Shown here: positions 11,856 through 23,270 of the stretch, one piece after another | How positions within the stretch are numbered: the stretch's first letter is position 1 | Layout: the number at the start of each line of letters is the position of its first letter | Origin: Patescibacteria group bacterium | Lineage (GTDB): Bacteria; Patescibacteriota; Gracilibacteria; BD1-5; UBA6164 | DNA: 64,000 nt | Assembly: GCA_036172015.1 (NCBI GenBank) | Contig: JAVHSE010000023.1 | Location: forward strand, 42,266 to 106,265 | Direction: 5' to 3' | The notes under the pieces: model-generated | The model's input: only the letters and a program-made list of their open reading frames with translations | The model's database searches: none | Told to the model about the DNA's origin: nothing | Made by a program: the position numbers and the translations under genes

Positions 11856-13139
11856 TTATTGTGATAGCTTTCAAATTTTAGATTGAATTTCTGACCAAAT
11901 ACATACCGATTGATATTCAAAAATTTTTTGTTCTAATTTTTCTATTTCCATAGAAATACGGTGAAAAAAATCCGCCCCTTGTAAAACATCAAATTCTTTT
12001 GAGATTCTATAAAAAAATTTTTTTGTTTCTTCTATTTTTCTGTATGCTTTTTTAATATTTTCGGTTGTAAAATGAGAATATACTTCGGTAGTTTGCAAAT
12101 TGTCTATTCTATCCCAAAATTTTACTTCAAGTGCATCTAAAACGATACTTTTTATAGTAGATACTTCTATAATAATTTTATTTTGTTCAATAACATCTCT
12201 GGTATGATTATAAAAATTATTCATACAAGGAGTATCTCTAAAATGATCTATGTAATAAATAAAATGAGTTGCTGGAAGCATATGAGAAAAATATTCATAA
12301 TTTCTCATATTTCTATATTTTAAATTTAATTCTTCATACCACTCTTCAAAAAATTTTTCTTCTACAGTAATTTGTTCTGGATTAAAATTTTTTTTATTAA
12401 TAAATCTATCATTGAGTAATCACTTTCGATTGAGTATACCTGACGATTGTATATATTTTAATTTTTCCCAATCTGATAAAGACTGTACCCATTTTCTTTC
12501 ACATTCTATTTCTGATTTTTTTAGTAAGTGTCGTTTATTGTATTTTTTTTCTAAATATTCATGAGTAGGATATCGATCGTCATCTTTTCTTAAAAATCAT
12601 ACTTCTTTCAATTCGTCTAAAATATATACCTCAGGTAATATTTTATCTCAATTTTTTTGATCTTGTGTAGTTAATTCAGTAAAAGGTCGTTTGCTAATAA
12701 TCGCAACTCAAAGAGCAATTTTTATATTTAAAGTAGTTTCTAAAGTATGTAAATCATAATCAGTATCTTCAATACTATCATGATGAAGTGCTATGAGTAA
12801 TTTTCTTAAAGATGGTTTTTTTGATTCAATAAGTACATTATAAGCAACTCTTAAAAGGTGATCAAAATACCTTCCTCCATTATTTCTATTAATATTTTGA
12901 AATTTATGTTTTACAGAAGCATAGGTATGATTGAGTGCTTGAAGTTTTTTTTCTGCATATTCTTGGGTAATTTTTCATGATTGGACATCTTGTTGATATA
13001 ATATTTTATATGCTGTATTCCATAATATTTCAATAGATCTTTCAGGTGACCAATTTACAGCATCATTAAAATGAACAAATTCCTTATTAAGAACTCGTTT
13101 TCCATTTTCTCATGATTGACTTAAAGTAGGAATAATCAT
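11856..13139 (-). CDS. HD-domain protein, RelA/SpoT-type hydrolase-like N-terminus plus unassigned C-terminal half
   Basis: 427 aa. HLLRVAYNVL...LLIALHHDSIEDTD carries the His...His-Asp...Asp pattern of SpoT-type HD hydrolases. The C-terminal ~250 aa have no motif I recognise. Confidence 0.6.
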
Positions 13140-13230
13140 ATGAAAGATTAAAAAATATTTTGATGTATAAGAATAAATAATAATCATTTTTGACTAAAAT
13201 CAAATTTATTTTATAAAATATTTATATATT

Positions 13231-13437
13231 CTAAAAATCAAGTAAAAATGGAATAATTATAAAAAACAATCCTATTCAAACCAGATAATATATATTGGTA
13301 ACAAAATAGGGAAATATCATTAAAACAAGACCACTCAGAAATGCAGAATATTTTTCAGTTTTTTTTCAATACATAAAATATCACATTCCTATTGATCAAA
13401 GAATTACTCAAGAAATAAGTACTGATGTATCAAACAT
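13231..13437 (-). CDS. Small membrane protein (2 TM)
   Basis: 68 aa, MFDTSVLISGVILGSIGMGYFMYGKK...LVLMIFPYFVTNIYYLVGIGLFFIIIPF. Five TGA codons, all in Gly-compatible TM positions. Confidence 0.45.
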
Positions 13438-13453
13438 TTTTTTATAATTAAAA

Positions 13454-14134
13454 TTATTTTTTTCCTAAACAAACAATATATTCTTCATGAGAGCTATCTC
13501 TACAAGCCATCGGTTTGTATGTTTTCATATCAACAAATCTTTTTTTTACTTGCATCACAAGATCATTAAAGTCTTCTCATTTAAAAACTTTTAAAATCAT
13601 ATTTCATCATTGCTTCAAAAATCTATCACTAAATTTACAAATAGCTATATTTAATTCAACGGATGCATATTGGTCAACATCGAATATTCCAGTAGTATTT
13701 GGAGCAATATCACTCGTTATGATATCAAATATATGATTTTCTGGTAATATTTTATCCAGTTCTCCAGTCAATTTTTCATAATCAAATATATCACAAACTA
13801 TTGTTTTTACATTTGAATAATTGAGTGGAGCTATTTCTTTAATATCAACCCCAACTATTATATTTTCTTTTGAAACTATATTTCTAATAGCTTGTAAAAA
13901 ACTTCCCGGAGCTGCTCAAATATCTATCACACTAAAATCTGGTTGAATCAAATCAAATCTTTCTTGAATTTCAAAAAGTTTATAGATACTTCTTGCTCGA
14001 AATCAAGCTTTTTTTGCTTTTATAAAATATTCATCTTGTACAACAAAATTTCCTCTTTGTACTTTCTTTTTTCTATGAAATCATATTTTCATCGGTCATG
14101 ATTGTTTATTTTCAATTCTATTTTTTTTTGCCAT
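13454..14134 (-). CDS. rlmE: 23S rRNA 2'-O-ribose methyltransferase RlmE/FtsJ
   Basis: 226 aa. ARSIYKLFEIQERF, SAM motif DIGAAPGSFLQ (the first G is TGA), SDIAPNTTG, KVFKGEDF. Confidence 0.8.
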
Positions 14135-14143
14135 ATTTATATG

Positions 14144-15625
14144 TTAATAATATTTTTTTATAAATTCTAATCATACTTTTTCATCTTCTTTTATATACAT
14201 CTCAACTGCTTTTTTTGCAACCTCTAACAAATTTTTTGATTTAGTTTTTGCTTCAAAAGATTTTTGTATTTTTTCAGTAATTATTTTAATTTTATCATCT
14301 CAAATGAAAGGAATATCAAAATTTAGAGCATCAGTAATTTTTAGATGTTGAATTAAAGCTCCATTTGTTTGTCTTTCTATTTCTTTTTGAATAAAAATAC
14401 TATTTAAAACTAATTCAATATATTCACTTGGAGCATTTGATATATTTTGAAATCTTAAAATTCAACCACTTATTATTCAATCAATATCTTCTCTCAATAA
14501 ATAAGTTATTCAAGCCGTTCAATCTTTAGAAAAAAGTATTTCTCATTTTTGAGGTTGATAATCTTTTAATGTTTCAAAATGACTATTTTTTATAAATTTA
14601 GCATTATTAAAAGTCATTCAATTTGTTGAAAAATTACTTACTCTTACAAAATATTTTTTATCATCTATTCCTTCAACTTCACTTTCTTCAATATATGCTT
14701 CACCTCAAACCTCAATTCACTTTTTATAATTTATTAATTCTCATAATTTTTCTGATTTTATATTTTTGACTCTCTTTTTAATTTCTACAAAATCATAATC
14801 CCAATATTCAGCATCAAATCTATCAAATTCTTTTAAAATACTATAATTTGTAGTTGAATGATTTTCTTGTACTTCTAAACTATATCAAGGAATTAAATCT
14901 ATATTTTTAGTTTTTGCTTTATAATCAAGTAAATCAAGTTCAGATAAAAGTAAATTTTCTGCTTCTTTATAGAGTTTTTCTGAAAATTCTTTTTGATTAT
15001 AACTTTCTATAATTAATTCTTGAATTTTTTCTTGGAAAAATTGAGAAGGGATAGAAATTAATATTTCTGCTAAATTATCTGGATAAATTTCTATTTGTCC
15101 AGAAGTTCAATTATAAAGTTTATTTATTTGAGCTTGTCATATATTTGAATTAAAAAAAGAATATAAATAAGATGAATTTATTCACTCTAATTTTCTAAAA
15201 GCTGTAATATGTCAATCAATAAAATATTTTTCATTACTTAAATTTATTGAAGCTCTTCATAAAGTTCAAACTCAGGTTGAAGTTAATAAAACATCTCAAT
15301 ATTTTATTTGTCATGATTTTTTAGAATTATAAAAATATTCTTCTATATATTCTTGTCTATCATCAGAAAAACCATTTTCTCTAATATTTACACTTCTAAG
15401 AACTTTTATATTTCAGTTAGAATAGTTGGGTTGAGTTCATCTTTTAATATATCATGCTAAATTTCATAGACTATGAGCTTTTTTAGAAATGAGACTATTT
15501 CTAATTTCTAAAATTTCTGGTTCGTAAAATTCAGCATTCAATCTTAAAATTCAGTATAAACTAGATTTATTTACACTTGAATATTCAACATCAAATAATT
15601 TTCATTTAAATGTATGTGTTTGCAT
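14144..15625 (-). CDS. Restriction-modification specificity subunit (HsdS-like, two TRDs)
   Basis: 493 aa. Duplicated TRD-end motifs GDVLLTSTGVGTLGRA and GEILFSKDGTAGITY, plus conserved helical spacers. Confidence 0.8.
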
Positions 15626-15669
15626 AATTATTTTTAATTAATTTAATTTTTAAAACTGGTCGATTTCGA

Positions 15670-16650
15670 CTAGTTTAAATTTTTCATCTCTTCTATAGTC
15701 TCAATATAAATATCTAAACTTCACCATTTTTCTTGATATTTTATTATTTCTTTTTCAACTATTTCTTCCATTTTTTCTTTACTAATTTTTCAAGCATTAT
15801 CTAAAAAATCTAGCTTATTCATTTTTAAAATATCCTCTAAATAATTTGACCAATCTTGCATTTTTATCTCTCTTTCAAGTGAAACTTGTAATTCAGCAAA
15901 AGCAAAAAATTGTTCACAAAGTAAATATAATTGCTTTAATTCTTTTTCTAATAAATAATTTTTTCAAACAGTAGCTTCTTTTTTTGTGATGATTTCTTTT
16001 TTATTTGTTTGCATTCAAAGAGCTTGTTTATTTGCATCAACTCTATTTACGATAAGTTCAGCTGTTGTAAATCCAGTAATTGCATAAACAAATTTATTTT
16101 GAATTTTAGCAAAGAAATTCTTTGTTATCTGGCTTTTAGAATTATAATCAGTTGAAGTTGTAAAAAGGTCTTTTATTTTTTCATAAATTTGTTTCTCACT
16201 AAATCTTATTTTTTTTACTCTTTGTAAAAGAGTTTCAAAATCTATTTTTCAACTTATAGTATTTCAATTTTCAAGCCTTTCATCGTCCATAACAAATCAT
16301 CTTAAAGAAAATTCTTTTAATACACTTGTTGCCCAATTTCTAAAAGCTATTGCTTTTTCGCTATTTCTTACCCTATAACCTACTGCAAAAATTAAATCTA
16401 AATTATAATAATTAGTTGGCTTTACAAAGCTATTTCCGGAATTACCGGAATTAGTTAATTTTTGCATTGTTAAGCTCATTTCTTTTTCTCATTCAGAATA
16501 AATATTAATTATATGTTCTGATATAGTTTTTTGAGATTTTCAAAATAATTCTCAAATTTGCTCCTGAGTCATCCATACATTTTCACTTTGAATTAAAACT
16601 CTTATTTGTCACTCAGAATTTTTATATATAATTACACTATTATTTTGCAT
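15670..16650 (-). CDS. RhuM-family protein inserted between the M and S genes
   Basis: 326 aa. ..NYYNLDLIFAVGYRVRNSEKAIAFRNWATSVLKEFSLRGFVMDDERL is the characteristic RhuM core. Confidence 0.8.
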
Positions 16651-16702
16651 ATTTTTAAATTTAGAACATATATTTATTATTTTTTCCAGCCTCCTGGAAA
16701 AA

Positions 16703-16726
16703 CTTACTTACTTACTTACTTACTTA
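16703..16726. repeat. Tetranucleotide SSR (CTTA)6, i.e. (TAAG)6 on the coding strand
   Basis: Six perfect tandem units spanning the stop codon of the methyltransferase gene. Followed by hairpin tttttccag-cctc-ctggaaaaa at 16681-16702. Confidence 0.95.
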
Positions 16727-18743
16727 AAAAACGAAACATTTCATCTCAATCATGTAACTTTTTCTCTCAAAAATCAATAAAAGCATCTGCTATATCAAGT
16801 AAATCTGTTTTATAAATCAAATCTCATTTTTTGTATGGAAAATTATTTTCAGGGGCTAATATATCTCAACCATTTTCATCTTTCAAAAATATATAATTTC
16901 AAGAATTATCTTTTGCAGGAACTTTATTTACTCACATAAATATCTCATAATCATCCTGAATATATTTTTGTCTTTGTTCTTCTGATTCCCATTTTTTTAA
17001 AAAGAAAATAGATGTTTTTGTTCAAGTGTGAGGTTTAAAACTATTTCCGTGTAATCAAACTACTCATAAGATACGAGCTTTATCTAAAATAAATTGTCTT
17101 ATATATTTATCATTGGTATTATTAAAAACTCATTGTGGAAGTATGATTGCTGTTCTTCATCCTGGTTTCAACATATCTAAAATTCTTTGAATAAACAAAA
17201 TATGTCTATCAACTGATTTTCCATCTGCTTTATCTCAAAGTAAATCTCTATATTGTGCTATTAACTCTTTTTCCCCGATATCTCAAGCAAAAGGAGGATT
17301 TGAAAGAATAATATCAAAATTTAGCTTCTTATTTTGTTCTCATAAAATAAGTTTTTCATCATTTAATCAAACGAAAGCTTTATCTGACCATTTCTTATAA
17401 TCAAGAGTGTTTTCATTAAAAATATGAGTTTTTCAATCTCCAGCAATAAGCATAATAGCTTTTGATATCTTTGCTGATTTTTTATCAAAATCTATTCCAT
17501 ACAGATATTTTCAAGCATAATGACTTTTTTGTCTATAGGTAGTTAATTTGTATTTTTCCCAAACATATTGCATATTATGAACCAAAAAACCTGCACTTCA
17601 ACAAGATGGATCTAAAACATATTCTTCATGAGTAGGATTAAGTATTTTCACACAAGTATCAATTATAATTCTTGGTGTAAAATATTGTCATTTTTTTGAT
17701 TTTGATGCTTCAGGAATAAGGTATTCAAAAGCTTCATCAATAATTCTTAAATTGTTTCAAAAAAGTTTTACTTTTTCAAGCTTTGGTATACAAATATCAA
17801 GATGTTCTGGTTTTAATTCAATTTTTTCTTGTGTATCAAAAATATCTTTCCATTCTTTTTTTGATCTTTCAAACAGACTATTTATTTCTTTATGTGTAAC
17901 TTCTGCACTGACATAACTTTTAAATTTTAACTCTCAATTTCAAGCATTTTCAGCTTCAAATTCATCATAAAGTTTCGCATAAATAAGTTTAAATATTTCA
18001 TTAAAACTATCTTCTCAAGAGTTTGCTAAAACAAGTTCTTCTAAATCTTCAATAATCGTTTTTAAATTAAAATTTTGAGTCTCATTATGTTCTACTAAAT
18101 CATTGTATTTCCATTTTCTTGATAATATAATATCTCTTATTCATTTTGTTGGCTCTGCTAAAGTTTTTACTTGCTGAAATTCACTATATTTTGGAATATC
18201 TGGCATTACTTCAAAATTTTTTGGATATGGTCTTAAGAAAACATTTATGTCTCTCCCATTTATTCAAACTCAAATTGGAGAACCTTCAGCATTGAGATAA
18301 CTTTTTAATTGTTGTATATTGTTTCTTTGATTTGACTCTTTTACTTCAACTATTATCCAAGGAGTAGTAAGTTCTGAACTCTGATAAACAACTATATCAG
18401 CTCTTTTTTTCTCGTGTCCGAAATTTACTCATACCTCACATTTAATACATTCTTTTGGGTATCAATATTCTTCAACAAGTTTTATTAAATATAATTGTCT
18501 CACAATTTCTTCTGGCTGAGATTTATTTTTACTTTCAGTTAAAATTTGTTTTTTTCATCATTCACTATCATAAGAATTTATAAACCAACTATCACCTTCA
18601 TTACTTAATGATAGTTTATTATTAAATATATCAAGTAAATCTTTTCCCTCATCTATGTAAGATTTAAAAAGAATAAGATTTGTTTCATATCAAGGAACTA
18701 TTTTATTTAATAATTCTTTTATTTTTTCAATTGAATAAGCCAT
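16716..18743 (-). CDS. N6-adenine DNA methyltransferase (HsdM-like) with N-terminal PD-(D/E)xK/HsdR_N-like domain
   Basis: 675 aa. N-terminal RADIVVY...PWIIVEVKES. MTase motifs GQYFTPR, LDPSCGSAGFL and SNPPFAG. Confidence 0.85.
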
Positions 18744-18918
18744 ATCATCGTTTATAAAAAGTAAATATTTCACTCATTTTATAAGTATTTCAGAAAATAC
18801 AAATATATTTTTAAAAATATATAAAAAATATATACATAAATAAATTATTTTTTCAAATAATTTGATTTTACTTTTGCAGACTAAAAAATATAATAAAGAC
18901 AAATTATTCTCTAACTTT

Positions 18919-19641
18919 ATGATTATGTTAAGACTCATAGAAACTGAATTATATCAAAATTATATACATATAATAGAAAAAATAGAAATCAAATGACCAA
19001 AAATTATAGTAGCTTTACTTATTATACTTATTTGAGCTATTCTTGCGAGATTTTTATATTTACTTTTAATGGTTCTTTTTAAAAAATTTAAACTCAATGA
19101 GTTTATAGATAAACTAAAAATAAGTTTTGATGAAGAAAATTGTGAAATTTGACAAGAAAAAATAAAAAAGAAAAGTAAAAAAAATAAATTTACTGATAAA
19201 ATTAAAGTAGATGATGTAGTGGCAAAATCTATGAGTTATTATATTTTGATAATATTTTTTAGAATATCTATTAGTTATATTTGAATTATTGAAATAGAAA
19301 AATTTTTAAAAGACCTCACCAATTATCTTCCGAACTTATTTGTATGAGTTATGATTTGATTTTTTGGGATCAGATTTGCTAATTTCGTGTATGATGTAGT
19401 ATATCATACTTTAAGTTTAACGAGAGAAAAAACAAGTAAAATTATAGCTTCTGGTGCAAAAATAATTATATTATTTTTTACACTAATGGTATTTTTAGAT
19501 TATACCCAAGTAGTAAGTATGTTTATTATTAATACCATTCTCATAGGATTTATATCAATGCTCGCATTATCTTGCTGACTTGCTTTTTGACTTGGATGAA
19601 AAGATATAGCTCATGAAATACTGGAAAGTTTTAGAAAATAA
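18919..19641 (+). CDS. Multi-pass membrane protein (conserved TM-helix repeat type)
   Basis: 240 aa with at least 4 hydrophobic segments, C-terminus ..LSCGLAFGLGGKDIAHEILESFRK. Confidence 0.5.
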
Positions 19642-19649
19642 CAAATACT

Positions 19650-20903
19650 ATGAAATACAAAGTTTTTTGATGTAAGGTAAATAAATATTATACCGATGAA
19701 TGGTTAAATAGTGAATATTTAAAAGATAAAAATGGAATATTTATAGCGAGTTGTGTAGTCACTGATCAAGCGAAAAAAAAATGGTTAAAATTTGTTAAGC
19801 AAGAATTACCAACTCTTCAAGAGAATGAAAAAATATATATAAGTGGTTGCTGAGCTTTTGAAAAGTGAGAAGAAAATAAGACTTTTTTTGAATTATATGA
19901 TGAACTGAAAGATTTTAAAGATAAAATTGAAATATTATGAGAATCTCCAAATGAAAATAAAAAAAATTGGAAGCATGAAAAAAAAATAAATATTTCTCAT
20001 AAAATAATTTGATTTCAATCGAATTATACGAAAAAATTTATTGTTATACAATGATGATGTGATAGTCATTGTAGCTTTTGTCTTACGGTAATAAAAAGAT
20101 GAAAACATTTTTATAGAAGTCATGAAGATATTGTTGATGAAATTATTGAATTTGAAATGCAAGGATGAAAAGAAGTTGTTCTTACATGAATCAATCTCTG
20201 AGCTTGGGGGCTCAATAATACAAATAACTATAAAGAAGGGAAATTAGCAGAAATACTGAGTTATATTTTAGAAAAAACAGAAATTCAAAGAATTAGAATT
20301 AGTTCTCTTGGTCCTGAATTTGTTGATGAAAAAGTATTGAAAATATTTGAAAATAAAAGAATGTACCCTCATTTTCACTTTTCTATTCAATCCGGAAGTT
20401 CTCCTATTTTAAAATCTATGAGGAGACATTATGATGGTGATTATATGAAAAATTTGCTGAAAAAAACACGAGAAATAAAAAGAGAAGATTGAGTTTCAGT
20501 AAGTATTTGAGCTGATATAATCGTTTGATTTCCTTGAGAAACGGAAAAAGATTTTTTAGAAACTTATCATTTGGTGCAAGATTATAATATTACAAAGATT
20601 CATGCATTTCCTTTTTCTAATCATACTTTTTGAGAATCAGTACCGGCCAGTTTTTATGAAAATCAAGTGGAGGAAAAAATAAAAAAACAAAGATTAGAAA
20701 AAATTATGTGATTATGAGACGAAATAAGAAATAATTTTATTCATTCTCAAAAATGAAAGATACTTCATGTACTTATTGAAAGTATAAAAGACAATCAATT
20801 TAAATGATGGAGTGAAAATTATATAGATTGTACCAATAATAATTTTGAAATATTATCAGGATTAGTCAAAAAAAATGAAATCGTCACTGGAAGATTAAAA
20901 TAA
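19650..20903 (+). CDS. mtaB: Radical-SAM methylthiotransferase, MiaB/MtaB family
   Basis: 417 aa. Radical-SAM cluster motif GGCDSHCSFC plus ..MRRHYDGDY.. and ..GFPGETEKDF... MtaB versus MiaB cannot be resolved by eye. Confidence 0.75.
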
Positions 20904-20926
20904 AATCGGAAAAAATTTCCGATTTT
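20902..20926. terminator. Bidirectional hairpin between convergent mtaB and trpS
   Basis: aaaatcggaaa-aaa-tttccgatttt, an 11-bp perfect stem flanked by A/T runs. Confidence 0.6.
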
Positions 20927-22043
20927 ATTTATCATTTTTGCCATAATTTATAATCCCCATAGCACTTTTTAATTCTCATAATATTTTTTGTCCTTCTTTT
21001 CTTGCATTCATAGATCATTGCTCAATAGCTTTGACTACTATATCCATATTATTTTTATAATATTCCCTTCTTTCTCTTATAGGTGCTATAATTTCTTCCA
21101 AAACTCATATAAGAAGTTTTTTTAATTCTCCATCTCAAACAGAATTCTCTCATCATGTAATATATCTTTTTTTCAAATCAGAAAGGTGATTTTTATCATT
21201 ATAAAAAATGTCTAAATATTGAAATACCACATGTTTTTCGATATTTCAAGGAGAAGTAATATTAATTTTACCACTATCGGTATACATACGATTGACTCAT
21301 AGAGTAATTTCTTTTAATGTAGAAGTTAAATAAATAGTATTTCCTAAACTTTTACTCATTTTATCATTTCCATCTATTCAAACTAATCTTGGAGTATCTG
21401 AAATAAAAGCCACCGGTAATGGAAAATGAGTGGTATATAAAGTATTTACTTTTTTTATCACTTTTCTAGCGAGTTCTATATGAGGAATTTGATCTTCTCA
21501 AACCGGAACTATTTGTCATGAAAGTAACATAATATCTGCTACTTGACTTACTGGATAATTTACAAATCATAAGGAAATAGAATTATTTGCATTACCCTCT
21601 CTTCATTCAATTTTTTTCATTTCATCTTTTAAAGTTGGATTATTCGTAGCAACATTATAGGGAACAAACATAGTTAAAAAATTGAAAAGTTCACTGAATT
21701 CTGGCACATAACTTTGTACGATAAAATTTGATTTTTCTGGATCGAGTCAAACTGCTAACCAGTCAATAACCATATCAATAACAGAGCTTCTTAATTTTTC
21801 TGTCTCTCATAAATGATCTCCCAAAACTTGATAATCAGCAACAAGAAAATTATTTTTAATACTTGAATTATTTTGGAGTAAAAGCCAATTTTCTAAAGCT
21901 CATTTATAATGTCATAAATGTAATCTCCCACTTGGTCTCATGCCAGTGAGACAATTAAAATGTTTACCTCATTCACATTTACTTAACAGATCTTGATATG
22001 AGTTCATAATATGTGGGGTATTTTTACTCTGAGTTTTTTCCAT
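20925..22043 (-). CDS. trpS: Tryptophan--tRNA ligase
   Basis: 372 aa. GMRPSGRLHLGHY (HIGH), KMSKS and ..VPVGEDQIPHIEL... Confidence 0.85.
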
Positions 22044-22058
22044 TTTTATATATAAAAT

Positions 22059-23252
22059 TTATAAATATTTATTTAATGCAAAATAAAATTTTGTTCCTTT
22101 TCCAACTTCTGATTCAACATATATTTGTGAATTATAATGATGTATAATTCATTCAATAATAGAAAGACCTAATCATAATCATTCTGTATTCCTTTTTAAA
22201 GCAACATCTATTTGATAAAATTTATGGAATATTTTTTCTAATTGTGTTTTATTTATTCCAATTCAGCTATCTTCTACTTCAAATCTTATACTTTTCTCTT
22301 CATCAATCAAATTAATTTTTACCAATCATCATTTATTCGTAAATTTAAAAGCATTATTGACAAGATTAATGATTATTTGTTTGAATTTATTTGGATCTAT
22401 TTTTATAATTTTATTTTTAAATATTCATTTTTTATTCAATTCAAAATGAATATGTTTTTCATCAGCAATTATTTTTAAATCATTATAGAGTTTGTTTGAT
22501 AGTTCAAGCATGTCTACTTTTTCATCTAAATAGAACATTTTCCCACTATCAATTTTTGATAAATCTAGCATGTTATTAACAATTCCTATAAGAGAAATTG
22601 TAGATTCAAATGATTGATTGATTGATTCTTTTACTTGAAGATTTATATTTCACATATCTCACTCTAATATCATAGAAAGATACCCTTTTATAATAGTAAG
22701 TGGAGTTCTGAGTTCATGTCAAACAATAGAGATAAACTCATCTTTCATTTTATTAATATCTTTGAGTTCTTCTTTTGCTTTTTGTAAAGTTTTTACTTCT
22801 CTGAGATCAGTCATAATTCAAACCGTACCCCCAGGAATAGGAGTTCAACTACACAAAACAGGTATCAAAGTTCCATCTTTTGCTTTTAAGACTCATTCAT
22901 ATTTTGAAGCCTGTCATTCCGATCTCCTTTCATTATTATCTGCTACTGTTTTGACACTTTCTTCATCCCGAAAATCATAAGATTCTCTTCCTATCATTTC
23001 ATCTAATGAATATCAAAGAAGTTTACAAAAATTAGGATTTGCATATGTTGTTCTTTCTTTTTCATCTCATATCCAAACACTTTCAGACATGTATTCTATA
23101 ATTTTTTTATACTTTTCTAATTCTATTTTATCTCATTTCCTTACATAATCTAATTGTCTTCTGACTTTTTTCATTACTTCTAATACTTCTTGTTCTTTTT
23201 TTCTCGCAAGGAGTAAATAGTCTTCTTGTTCTTGAAATGTTTTTCATAACAT
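22059..23252 (-). CDS. PAS-domain sensor histidine kinase (cytoplasmic)
   Basis: 397 aa. PAS-like ..SVWIGDEKERTTYANPNFCKLLGYSLDEMIG.., H-box VGHELRTPL, N-box NLVNNAFKFT, G-boxes DSGIGI and GLGLGLSI. Confidence 0.85.
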
Positions 23253-23270
23253 ATGTTTGAAAATTAATAA

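Noticed and set aside
16681-16702. AGGAGG in the hairpin loop as the Shine-Dalgarno sequence of the RhuM gene.
   Set aside because: It lies more than 30 nt from the ATG at 16650, too far for an SD. It is more likely part of a terminator-like stem-loop.
16703-16726. (TAAG)6 as an ON/OFF phase-variation switch of the methyltransferase.
   Set aside because: Every reading frame of the tract hits TAA within a few codons, so slippage cannot truncate or extend M meaningfully. It is kept only as a possible spacing or polymorphism element.
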